From: an uncultured Atopobium sp.
Lineage (GTDB): Bacteria > Actinomycetota > Coriobacteriia > Coriobacteriales > Atopobiaceae
NCBI GenBank assembly: GCA_938041635.1
Contig: CALIAD010000047.1
Span: 2,663-66,662 of the forward strand
Direction of reading: 5' to 3'
DNA length: 64,000 nucleotides
Part shown: positions 47,799 through 55,984 of the stretch, piece after piece
How positions within the stretch are numbered: the first letter of the stretch is position 1
Layout: each line of letters opens with the position of its first letter
Position numbers and translations under genes: made by a program
Notes under the pieces: generated by a model
Seen by the model: only the letters and a program-made list of their open reading frames with translations
Told to the model about the DNA's origin: nothing
The model's database searches: none

Positions 47799-47815
47799 CG
47801 TCATTTTATATGACG
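47799..47815 (+). promoter_or_regulatory. Inverted repeat CGTCAT-N5-ATGACG just upstream of the TetR gene (possible operator)
   Basis: A perfect 6-bp inverted repeat lies at 47799-47804 and 47810-47815, 12 nt before ATG 47827. Confidence 0.3.
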
Positions 47816-47826
47816 GATAGTGTCGT

Positions 47827-48552
47827 ATGGGGGAGTTCATGGGCGAGAAGCGCGATTATATTACGTTAGAAGTCATACATCACAATGCTTATGAACAGCA
47901 GCCTACAGAAGAACCCGAGACTCCAGCGCCTTCTATTTCTCATATTCGTGCCGAAGCTCGTACTAAGAAAAGCGCAGCTACACGTAAGCGTATTATGCAC
48001 GAGACAACCAAGCTCATGCTTGCTCGTGGAAATACCAACTTCAAAATGAGTGAGATTTCTGATAGAGCTCGTCTTTCAAAAGGTGCGCTGTATTACTACT
48101 TTTCCGATAGAGAGGCCCTTTTGCAGGCAATCTTTGACGAGAGTGTTGATGAGCTTGCAAAAGATATTGCGCATACCATTGGTAATAAGCCTGCCTCAAA
48201 AGAGACGCTTCATGCAATCATCGCTCAACTTGCTGCTCATATTTTGCCTGACTCACCTTTGGTTTTGGCTTTAATTAACAAGCTTGCAAGCTCTGAGCAG
48301 GCGCTTATTACCAACATTGAAGGACCACTTTCTCGCGTGGTTGTTCTCCTTGCTAACCAGCTAGAGATGGGAAAATTGCAGGGATTTATTCGTCAAAGCG
48401 TTGATTCAAGACTTGCTGCCTGTTCTATTACGGGTGCATTGGTTCTCTCGGCCATTGGCCTGATGGGAGAGCGTCGCGGTGCGGAGGGCTCTGACGAACT
48501 TGCACAGAATCTGCTAGATATGACACTTGCTGGTATTGGAATAGACGAGTAA
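47827..48552 (+). CDS. TetR/AcrR-family transcriptional regulator
   Basis: The HTH reads FKMSEISDRARLSKGALYYYFSDREAL, placed after an N-terminal extension of about 50 aa. Confidence 0.85.
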   Translation: MGEFMGEKRDYITLEVIHHNAYEQQPTEEPETPAPSISHIRAEARTKKSAATRKRIMHETTKLMLARGNTNFKMSEISDRARLSKGALYYYFSDREALLQAIFDESVDELAKDIAHTIGNKPASKETLHAIIAQLAAHILPDSPLVLALINKLASSEQALITNIEGPLSRVVVLLANQLEMGKLQGFIRQSVDSRLAACSITGALVLSAIGLMGERRGAEGSDELAQNLLDMTLAGIGIDE

Positions 48553-48594
48553 TCATACGAGTTTTTGCATAATGCCAGCTTAACTATGCAATTT

Positions 48595-48621
48595 AAAGAG
48601 CATCCTTGTGGTGCTCTTTTT
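48595..48621 (+). terminator. Rho-independent terminator after the TetR gene
   Basis: AAAGAGCA and TGCTCTTT form an 8-bp stem with a 9-nt loop. The T-run extends to 48621. Confidence 0.65.
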
Positions 48622-48741
48622 ACAATTTTCTTGACTGATCCTGCTCAAAAGTGTCTTTGGTGGGTATAGTAAGAGTGGTTGCGCGTAGAAGAACGCAAAT
48701 ATTCTGCATAAGCAGAGAAGCCATGCGTGAAAGGACAGTTC

Positions 48742-50004
48742 ATGGCACACAAAAACTATTTGTTTACCTCAGAAAGTGTTACTGAGGGACATCCAGACAA
48801 GGTTTGCGATCAGATTTCTGACGCAATTCTTGATGCAATCCTGGCAAAAGAGGCAGAGCTTGAAGAGCGTGGATACGTTTCTCCAAGTGGTGTTCCTGCT
48901 TGCTTGGACAACGTTCGTTGTGCATGCGAGACTTTTGCGACTACAGGAACTATTGTGGTAGCTGGAGAGATTCGCACTCAATCCTACGTTGATGTCCAGG
49001 AGATTGTTCGCAATACTCTCAGAAATATTGGCTATGACCGCGCTAAATATGGTTTTGACTGCGAGACCTGCGGCGTTTTAAGCCTCATTCACGAACAAAG
49101 TCCCGATATTGCTCAGGGCGTTGATCAGTCCTATGACACGCAGGCAGGACGCACTACAGATCCGCTTGATCTTATCGGCGCAGGCGATCAGGGCATGATG
49201 TTTGGCTTTGCCTCTGATGAGACTGATGTTCTGATGCCAATGCCTGCTTACCTGGCTCAGCGCTTGGCTCAGCGTCTCTCAGAGGTGCGTAAGTCTGGCG
49301 AGGTTGAGTACTTGCGTCCAGATGGCAAAACTCAGGTTACCGTTCGTTATGAGGACGAGAAACCCGTTGAGGTCACAGCCATTGTTGTTTCCACGCAGCA
49401 TGCTCCAGAGATTGAAGACATGTCTGTTATCAAGCAGGATATGATCGACCACGTTATTGCACCTGTTATGGGTGAGGTCAACATTGCTTGGGATAACGCT
49501 GACATTTACGTTAATCCAACTGGCCGCTTTGTTGTTGGTGGACCTATGGGAGACACAGGACTTACCGGTAGAAAGATTATTGTTGATACCTATGGCGGTA
49601 TGGGTCGTCATGGTGGCGGCGCTTTCTCCGGAAAGGATTGCACCAAGGTTGACCGTTCAGCAGCATATGCAGCGCGCTGGGTTGCCAAAAACGTCGTAGC
49701 AGCAGGCCTTGCAAAGAAGTGCGAAGTTCAGCTTGCCTACGCCATTGGTGTTTCTCATCCACTGTCTATCATGGTTGATACTTTTGGCACTGGTATTGTT
49801 GACGATGCTGTTATTGAGCAGGCTATCGAGAAGGTCTTTGATCTTCGTCCTGGTGCCATTATCAGAGATCTTAAGCTGCGCCGTCCTATCTTCTCTAAGA
49901 CAGCAGCATACGGACACTTTGGCCGCAAAGATCCAGACTTCACATGGGAAGCAACTGATCGTGTTCAGGAGCTTAAGGACGCAGTTTCTGCACTTCAGGC
50001 ATAA
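48742..50004 (+). CDS. metK: S-adenosylmethionine synthase
   Basis: [13 protein letters not shown] and [12 protein letters not shown] are present. I prefer ATG 48742 over GTG 48727. Confidence 0.97.
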   Translation: MAHKNYLFTSESVTEGHPDKVCDQISDAILDAILAKEAELEERGYVSPSGVPACLDNVRCACETFATTGTIVVAGEIRTQSYVDVQEIVRNTLRNIGYDRAKYGFDCETCGVLSLIHEQSPDIAQGVDQSYDTQAGRTTDPLDLIGAGDQGMMFGFASDETDVLMPMPAYLAQRLAQRLSEVRKSGEVEYLRPDGKTQVTVRYEDEKPVEVTAIVVSTQHAPEIEDMSVIKQDMIDHVIAPVMGEVNIAWDNADIYVNPTGRFVVGGPMGDTGLTGRKIIVDTYGGMGRHGGGAFSGKDCTKVDRSAAYAARWVAKNVVAAGLAKKCEVQLAYAIGVSHPLSIMVDTFGTGIVDDAVIEQAIEKVFDLRPGAIIRDLKLRRPIFSKTAAYGHFGRKDPDFTWEATDRVQELKDAVSALQA

Positions 50005-50009
50005 CGTTC

Positions 50010-52154
50010 TTACAAGGTAATCTTGTATAACCTCATAGAACCTTCTTCTAGCACCACCTCAAAACCTGGGGTGGTGTCTGTTATTTGTGTGATACCTCTG
50101 AAGGTTCCAGGTTTGTAGGTACTGGTAACAGCGTTGGAGTAATCAACAACGTTGTTCAGAATAAGGACATACTGTACGTTAAGGTCGCGTGCCGTTTGAA
50201 GTACCTCGGGATCGCTGGAAATGCGATTAAGGCGTTTACGAAGAATAGCGCTTGCGGGACGTTCTGAAGCGTCATAGCCGTTAGGGAAGCGCCAGAGCAC
50301 ATGTAAGTCGTTAGTGCCATATGCCCAGAGACTGCCATCTTGAGGTAGGTTTGCAATAACAGCACCTGCAGGAACGGTAAGCTCCACGCGACGTAAAAAC
50401 TCCAATTCTTCCGATGTCAAAATGTAGTGATCACCATAGGCCTTCTCGGAAGCCTGTTTAAAGGCAGTAGCAGCAGGAATTGGCTTTTCAGATTTAAGGT
50501 TTGGCATAGGAACCACATAGTTGAGCACAACCACACACGCAATAACTGCACCAGCAATCAGAGGTTTAGCCCAAACGTTGCAAAAGACGCAGGTCTGAGC
50601 CTGAGAAGCTTTTTCTCTCCAGGAGGCAAACGTTTCCAGCGCAGCTTCGGCAAGAGTTGCCAGGCCAAGCGCTGCCAGCGGAATCGCCATAATGACGCAG
50701 CTTGCCGCAATGCGGAACGGATCGGTATACCAAAATCCCGAGAGATATCCCTTCAGAGGAACGTCAAACGTAATAATAAAAATGCAGAGTATAGACAGGT
50801 ACATAAAGGCAGATACCATCCATCGAGCCTGCTTGTGCTTAAACGTCCATACAGCGCCTACAAGCACGCAGATTGAAAGTATCGGTTGTGGAGAAACAAG
50901 CTCTCCACCTGCGTACGACTGTCCAATAAAGTCCATGCCAAGGGCGTGCAAAATAGCATCTTGCAGGCTTGAGTAGGCGCTCCACCAGAAATTGAGAGCC
51001 ACGCCTCGAACAATCAAAACGTAGTAGAAAACAGACCAAATAACCAGCGCAAAGATAAAGAATACGTATGCCAGCGTGACAGGCTTGATTTGTTTTCCAA
51101 AGAGAACAACTCTGCGTTTTGACTCTCCAATACGTGCAAAACTCCAAGGTAAAAGCACAACAATTGACGAGAAAATCGTGGAAGGATGCAAGATAAAGAG
51201 GGTAATCAAGCCAAGAACAAATATGACAATAAGCCAGATGAGGTCGTGTTTTGGTGTTTTTGAGCGAGTCATCTGCATAAAAATCCACCAAATAGAAGGC
51301 ATTACACAGAAGGCTACGGTGTTAGGAAAGATTGGTCCATAGATGAGAAGCGACCAAGGGAAAACAAAAAATGCTAGGCAAACAAAAGCTCCACTGATAA
51401 GCGCAATACGATGTTTAGGAAGAACTTTTGCAATAACCGAGCAGATTGAGAGCGGAAAGATAATTGCTGCACTGACAAAGTTGAGTGCATTACCTGCAAT
51501 AGGAACGGTTGTAGAAACAAGCTGCGTTGTTAGTGCAACAATGATGTTCCAGCCTGAAGGATAAAATCCCGAAGTCCCCGGTTCCCAAGGGGTAATTGAA
51601 GCTTCTACGGTGCTGTAGAAGTCATAGTGAATTGATGAGTACTTTTGAGACTCAATCATTGCCTGCGTGACGTCCAAGTGGTGCACAATATCCCAGCCTT
51701 GTACAAAGGAGCTGGCAGAAGGCAGGGTTGGTAAGAAGAGAAGTCCTACGGTAAGAAGACCAATTGCTACGTACAGAAGAGGCATCCAGAAAGGGAGTTC
51801 TTCGCAGATGAATGCTGGTACAGAGCTAGTTGATTGCTTGCCAGCGCGTATTGCTTTGGATTTGTTGGGTTTCTCGCCCCTGAGGTCTTCTTTGTGTTTG
51901 GGAGCAACATAAAAAACGTAGCCATTGACTAGAGCTGCAATAAGTAGAGGAATAAGAACCATTACAGCCAAGGGGATAGGGATGTTCAGTGCGCTAAAGA
52001 TTTCTCCCTCAATAAAGAAGAGTGCGCAGCTTACCAAAGGAGCACTAACAAGCGCCCAGGGCTTTGGCATGCCGGAAGCATGCAACAAAATGACGCCCGG
52101 TACGTAGAGCAGGGCAATAATGACAACTACACTTTGGAAGAACTCAAGCCACAT
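50010..52154 (-). CDS. Large polytopic membrane protein with C-terminal extracytoplasmic domain (DUF6541-like; possibly GT-C-type glycosyltransferase)
   Basis: 714 aa with about 14 hydrophobic segments through residue 560, followed by a soluble domain of about 150 aa. The family assignment is from memory of similar actinobacterial proteins and is not verified. Confidence 0.5.
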   Translation of the reverse strand: MWLEFFQSVVVIIALLYVPGVILLHASGMPKPWALVSAPLVSCALFFIEGEIFSALNIPIPLAVMVLIPLLIAALVNGYVFYVAPKHKEDLRGEKPNKSKAIRAGKQSTSSVPAFICEELPFWMPLLYVAIGLLTVGLLFLPTLPSASSFVQGWDIVHHLDVTQAMIESQKYSSIHYDFYSTVEASITPWEPGTSGFYPSGWNIIVALTTQLVSTTVPIAGNALNFVSAAIIFPLSICSVIAKVLPKHRIALISGAFVCLAFFVFPWSLLIYGPIFPNTVAFCVMPSIWWIFMQMTRSKTPKHDLIWLIVIFVLGLITLFILHPSTIFSSIVVLLPWSFARIGESKRRVVLFGKQIKPVTLAYVFFIFALVIWSVFYYVLIVRGVALNFWWSAYSSLQDAILHALGMDFIGQSYAGGELVSPQPILSICVLVGAVWTFKHKQARWMVSAFMYLSILCIFIITFDVPLKGYLSGFWYTDPFRIAASCVIMAIPLAALGLATLAEAALETFASWREKASQAQTCVFCNVWAKPLIAGAVIACVVVLNYVVPMPNLKSEKPIPAATAFKQASEKAYGDHYILTSEELEFLRRVELTVPAGAVIANLPQDGSLWAYGTNDLHVLWRFPNGYDASERPASAILRKRLNRISSDPEVLQTARDLNVQYVLILNNVVDYSNAVTSTYKPGTFRGITQITDTTPGFEVVLEEGSMRLYKITL

Positions 52155-52271
52155 CCTGATCCAATCAAGGTGTTAGTAAAAATTCTTATACTTCTGGGTC
52201 ACACGACTGGGCGTGACAGTTATTTCAAACAGACTGGTCTATTTTACGATAGAAGCAAAAGTGGTGTTGAG

Positions 52272-52302
52272 ATAAACAAAAAGGACTTCCGAAGAAGTCC
52301 TT
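52272..52302 (-). terminator. Rho-independent terminator after tRNA-Glu
   Basis: The minus-strand RNA reads AAGGACUUC-UUCG-GAAGUCCUU, a 9-bp stem with a UUCG tetraloop. UUUGUUUA follows. Confidence 0.8.
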
Positions 52303-52309
52303 GAACATT

Positions 52310-52386
52310 TGGTAGCCCGTACCAGATTCGAACTGGTGATCTCCGCCTTGAGAGGGCGGCGTCCTGAACCGCTAGACGAACGGGCC
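52310..52386 (-). tRNA. tRNA-Glu (anticodon CUC), CCA encoded
   Basis: The reverse complement GGCCCGTTCGTCTAGCGGTTCAGGACGCCGCCCTCTCAAGGCGGAGATCACCAGTTCGAATCTGGTACGGGCTACCA folds as a cloverleaf. The anticodon loop is CTCTCAA. Confidence 0.9.
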
Positions 52387-52405
52387 AAATATGACTGGGA
52401 GGACA

Positions 52406-52479
52406 TGGCTGGGATAGAGAGAGTCGAACTCCCGTTGACGGAACCAGAATCCGCTGTCCTACCACTAGACGATATCCCA
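52406..52479 (-). tRNA. tRNA-Gln (anticodon CUG), CCA encoded
   Basis: The reverse complement TGGGATATCGTCTAGTGGTAGGACAGCGGATTCTGGTTCCGTCAACGGGAGTTCGACTCTCTCTATCCCAGCCA folds as a cloverleaf. The anticodon loop is TTCTGGT. Confidence 0.9.
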
Positions 52480-52512
52480 AGATGTCATCCATGCGCATCA
52501 GCGCGAGAAATA

Positions 52513-52541
52513 ACTATAAAGGAGACTCGTCAGAGATGCAA
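52513..52541 (-). promoter_or_regulatory. Candidate sigma-70 promoter for the tRNA-Gln/tRNA-Glu pair
   Basis: On the minus strand, TTGCAT (52541-52536) and TATAGT (52518-52513) are separated by a 17-nt spacer, about 30 nt upstream of the tRNA-Gln 5' end. A second TATAAT lies at 52584-52579. Confidence 0.5.
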
Positions 52542-52596
52542 GCAATAATTTCAAGAAATTCTGTTTGCAGCAAAAAATATTATACAAAACGCATCT

Positions 52597-54246
52597 CTAA
52601 GCGCAAGGAACGTCTCTCGTATTTGAGCTGAGCATGCGTTCTGCATCAATAAGTGCCTGGTCAAGAGGGGCACAGCTGGTGCAACTTGCGCATGCGGTAG
52701 GAGCGCTTGGAGTTGCAGCAAGGCCACCTTTAGCTGTTTCTCTGAGAGAAACAGGGAGCGCAGCGCCAACTTCTGCCATAGCGTGTGCAACCTCATCAAA
52801 CGGAATTGGGTTACCAACGCCCGCAAGAGCAAGCTGAGAAGAGCTTACGGCAGCAGCTACGCCAATAGCGTTTCTATCTTGGCAAGGATACTCAACTAGT
52901 CCTCTGACCGGGTCACAGACGAGTCCTAGAAGGTTAGAGATGGCAATAGAAGCAGCGTCCAAGCACTGTTGAGGAGTGCCACCCAAGAGCTCAGTCAACG
53001 CAGATGCGCTCATGGCAGCAGCGGAACCAACCTCTGCCTGACAGCCGCCCTCAGCGCCAGAAACACTAGCGTTGGTGGTTAGGATGGCTCCAATAGCACT
53101 TGCATTCCAAAGCGCAGAAATAACTTGCTCGTCGGTGGCACCAATCTCTTCTGCTACCGAGATAAGCGATCCTGGTACAACGCCAGAAGCGCCTGCAGTA
53201 GGAGCGGCAACAATGACGCCCATGGTTGCTGAGCGCTCAAGCACGGCCATAGCGTACGCAACAGCTCGTGTTTGCGTGGTGCCCATAAGCGCACTTGAGA
53301 TTGCAGCTGGGGTGTTTGCTACGGTCTTGGCCTGGCCGTTGAGCAGACCACCAATGGACTGACGAGGCGTCTTGATAGTGTCGTGAACCTCATCGCGCAT
53401 AATCTCAAGAACGTGAGCCATCTCGGCGTCTACGTCGGCATCTGGTCGCAAGTCCTTCTCGCGCTGGCGCATAATCTGGCCAATAGAGGCTTCCGTCTTG
53501 GAGCACCTGGCGAGAAGATCTGCGCCGTTGTCAAAGGCTCCTGAAAGCACGTCGTTTGTGACCTGTGGAGCTGCTCCTGGAATGGAAACCTGAGCGGCAT
53601 ACGAAACGTGAGGTGCCAGCTGGAAGAGGTCGAGAACTTTCTGCTCAATAGGCTCGTCAATCTCAAAGACAGTGTGGGCAAAGCCGCCGCGCTCTGAGCG
53701 GAAGGTGCGCATAGTTGCAACATTGATGTTTTGTGTAGCCAAAATAGTAGTGAGAGCTGCAAGAACACCGGGCTTATCGCGATGTGAAACAAAGATAGTG
53801 GGCATATCGCCAGACATGCGAATGCGCACGCCATTGACGCCAGAGATGCGAATACGGCCGCCACCAACAGACTCGCCCATAACGGAAACATGGACGTTAT
53901 CTGCGCCGTAGAGGTGAATTTCTACGGTGTTTGGGTGCAGAGTCTCGTCGTCGCCCTTCTCAATAACGCTGTAGTTAAGATGTGCTTCTTCTGCCAGAGT
54001 AAGTGCTTCACGGACGCGCGTATCGTCTGGAGCAAGGCCCAAGATGCCTGCAATCAGAGCATAATCAGTGCCGTGACCAAGGTGGGTATGAGAGAAGGAG
54101 TTGTAGAGCCAAAACTCAACGCGCTCCAGCTGCTTTGGTGCAAGCGAGCGTGCAACCAGAGCAATGCGCAAGGCTCCTGCTGTGTGCGAGGAAGAAGGAC
54201 CCACCATAATGGGGCCAAGGACCTCAAACGCAGACATAGAAATCAT
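52597..54246 (-). CDS. sdaA: L-serine ammonia-lyase, iron-sulfur type, fused beta-alpha chain
   Basis: The beta-like N-terminus reads FEVLGPIMVGPSSSHTAGA and is followed by an ACT-like segment. The alpha domain contains GGCQAEVGSAAAM and VCDPVRGLVEYPCQDRN. ATG 54246 lies 5 nt after GGAG. Confidence 0.9.
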   Translation of the reverse strand: MISMSAFEVLGPIMVGPSSSHTAGALRIALVARSLAPKQLERVEFWLYNSFSHTHLGHGTDYALIAGILGLAPDDTRVREALTLAEEAHLNYSVIEKGDDETLHPNTVEIHLYGADNVHVSVMGESVGGGRIRISGVNGVRIRMSGDMPTIFVSHRDKPGVLAALTTILATQNINVATMRTFRSERGGFAHTVFEIDEPIEQKVLDLFQLAPHVSYAAQVSIPGAAPQVTNDVLSGAFDNGADLLARCSKTEASIGQIMRQREKDLRPDADVDAEMAHVLEIMRDEVHDTIKTPRQSIGGLLNGQAKTVANTPAAISSALMGTTQTRAVAYAMAVLERSATMGVIVAAPTAGASGVVPGSLISVAEEIGATDEQVISALWNASAIGAILTTNASVSGAEGGCQAEVGSAAAMSASALTELLGGTPQQCLDAASIAISNLLGLVCDPVRGLVEYPCQDRNAIGVAAAVSSSQLALAGVGNPIPFDEVAHAMAEVGAALPVSLRETAKGGLAATPSAPTACASCTSCAPLDQALIDAERMLSSNTRDVPCA

Positions 54247-54274
54247 AGCTACTCCAAAACTAAACAAACGGTAA

Positions 54275-54313
54275 CGATAAAAGAGCTGCAAAACCATCTG
54301 TTTTACAGCTCTT
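54275..54313 (-). terminator. Strong rho-independent terminator between gltX and sdaA
   Basis: The minus-strand RNA reads AAGAGCUGUAAAAC-AGAUG-GUUUUGCAGCUCUU, a 14-bp stem with one G-U pair. UUUUAUCG follows. Confidence 0.75.
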
Positions 54314-54378
54314 GTGTGGTTTTACTTTTGATACCCACTTACGCTTGGAAGAATACGCGGCAACCGCGCATTCACGCG

Positions 54379-55893
54379 TTATTTGCAAAGCTCCAGAGCG
54401 CGGTCAAGGCGAGCAAGGCAAACTTCACGACCAAGAAGCTCCATAGACTCTCCAAGAGGAGGGGAGACCATGTTGCCGCACTCAGCAACGCGAATGGACT
54501 GGAAGACAATGCGTTTCTTAAGGTCAAGCTGCTCTGGAAGCACCTCAAGGGCAGTGTCAATTGCTGCAGCCTTCCACTCGTCCTCAGAAACGCCCTCAAG
54601 AGCAGTTTTTGCAGCCGCAAGGACGGTAGCACTCTGAGCAGCGTCTTTGGTAAGACCCTTCTCAACGCTCTTTTGATCAAGGGTGACGTTTGCGCCTTCA
54701 TACAGGAAGCGGGACTTCTCAATGACGTCTGGGCTTACTGTGGTACGAGGACGAAGAATCTCGGAGAGCAGGTCATACCAGCCTGGACGAGTTGCGTAAA
54801 TCTCTTCCGCAACAGTTGTATTGCCCTGAACAGGCTCAAGACCTGCGCCCACAAGCTCTGGAATAAGAACAGTCTTTGCAAAGGTCTGGTTGTCCATATT
54901 GGCAAGATACGTTGCATTAATCCAGTTCAGACGCTCTGGATCGGACTTAGCAGGGTTCTTGGAAACGTGGTCCAGAGAGAACTGAGACGCCAAAACGTCA
55001 CGAGGAACAATGGTTGTCTCGCCATCAAGTGACCAGCCGAGAAGAGCCAGGTAGTTGACAAAGGCATCTGCAAGATAGCCCTGGTCACGATACTCCTCAA
55101 CAGAAGTTGCGCCATGGCGCTTGGAGAGCTTCTTGCCGTCAGGACCCAAAATCATGGAAATGTGTGCGAAGGTTGGAACAGGTGCGCCCAGAGCCTCGTA
55201 CACCATAATCTGACGAGGAGTGTTGGACAGGTGGTCATCGCCACGAATGATGTGGGTAATGCCCATGCCAGCGTCATCAACAACGGTTGCAAAGTTATAG
55301 GTTGGGGTGCCATCAGAGCGGAAGATGATAAAGTCATCAAGCTCGCGAGCGTTAAAGGTTACGTCACCGTGAACAGCGTCGTGGACAATAACGTCGCCGC
55401 GATCCAGTGGAACTTTGATGCGAATGGTGTAAGGCTCACCAGCATCAATTCTGCGCTGTGCCTCTGCAGGATCAATGTTTCTGCAGGTACGCTGATAGCC
55501 CTGGAAGGGATCGTGGCGCTCCTCGGCAGCCTTTTTGTCTTCAGCAAGCTTCTCTGGTGTGCAGAAGCATGGGTATGCCTTGCCCTCTGCCAGCAGTTTA
55601 TTTGCTGCTTCACGATACAAATCAAGGCGCTCAGTCTGACTGTAAGGACCACAATCGCCGCCCTTATCTGGACCCTCGTCCCAATCAAGACCAAGCCACT
55701 TCATAGCGCGCAGAATAATCTGAGTGTTCTCTTCAGTTGAGCGCGTAGGATCTGTGTCATCAATACGAAGAATAAACTTGCCACCGTTTGCGCGAGCAAA
55801 AGCCCAGTTATAGATAGCAGTACGTGCACCTCCGATGTGCAGCTTACCTGTTGGGGATGGCGCAAAACGTACTCTTACCTGCTTCTCTGACAA
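54379..55893 (-). CDS. gltX: Glutamate--tRNA ligase
   Basis: The HIGH-type motif is HIGGARTAIYNWAFA and the KMSKS-type motif is KLSKRHG. A TTG start follows AAGGAGGAG. Confidence 0.95.
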   Translation of the reverse strand: MSEKQVRVRFAPSPTGKLHIGGARTAIYNWAFARANGGKFILRIDDTDPTRSTEENTQIILRAMKWLGLDWDEGPDKGGDCGPYSQTERLDLYREAANKLLAEGKAYPCFCTPEKLAEDKKAAEERHDPFQGYQRTCRNIDPAEAQRRIDAGEPYTIRIKVPLDRGDVIVHDAVHGDVTFNARELDDFIIFRSDGTPTYNFATVVDDAGMGITHIIRGDDHLSNTPRQIMVYEALGAPVPTFAHISMILGPDGKKLSKRHGATSVEEYRDQGYLADAFVNYLALLGWSLDGETTIVPRDVLASQFSLDHVSKNPAKSDPERLNWINATYLANMDNQTFAKTVLIPELVGAGLEPVQGNTTVAEEIYATRPGWYDLLSEILRPRTTVSPDVIEKSRFLYEGANVTLDQKSVEKGLTKDAAQSATVLAAAKTALEGVSEDEWKAAAIDTALEVLPEQLDLKKRIVFQSIRVAECGNMVSPPLGESMELLGREVCLARLDRALELCK

Positions 55894-55984
55894 AACTCCT
55901 CCTTGGCAGTTACTTTCTAGCGAGAAAATCTAGTTTATGCACTCTTTAGTATAACGCTTGAACACAGGTGACCGACAACGTTGC

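Noticed and set aside
48622-48741. Possible SAM riboswitch in the 120-nt metK leader.
   Set aside because: I see only two 5-bp hairpins (TTGCG/CGCAA and TCTGC/GCAGA). None of the conserved cores I can recall for the SAM-I, SAM-II, SAM-III or SAM-IV classes is present. A covariance-model scan that includes SAM-VI would be needed to exclude a riboswitch formally.
53890-55032. A 380-aa plus-strand ORF, the longest unexplained ORF in the track.
   Set aside because: It runs antisense across the sdaA start, the intergenic terminator and the 3' part of gltX. Both of those genes have unmistakable motifs on the minus strand. Its own sequence is Cys/Lys/Asn-rich with no motif and no RBS. It is a typical shadow ORF.
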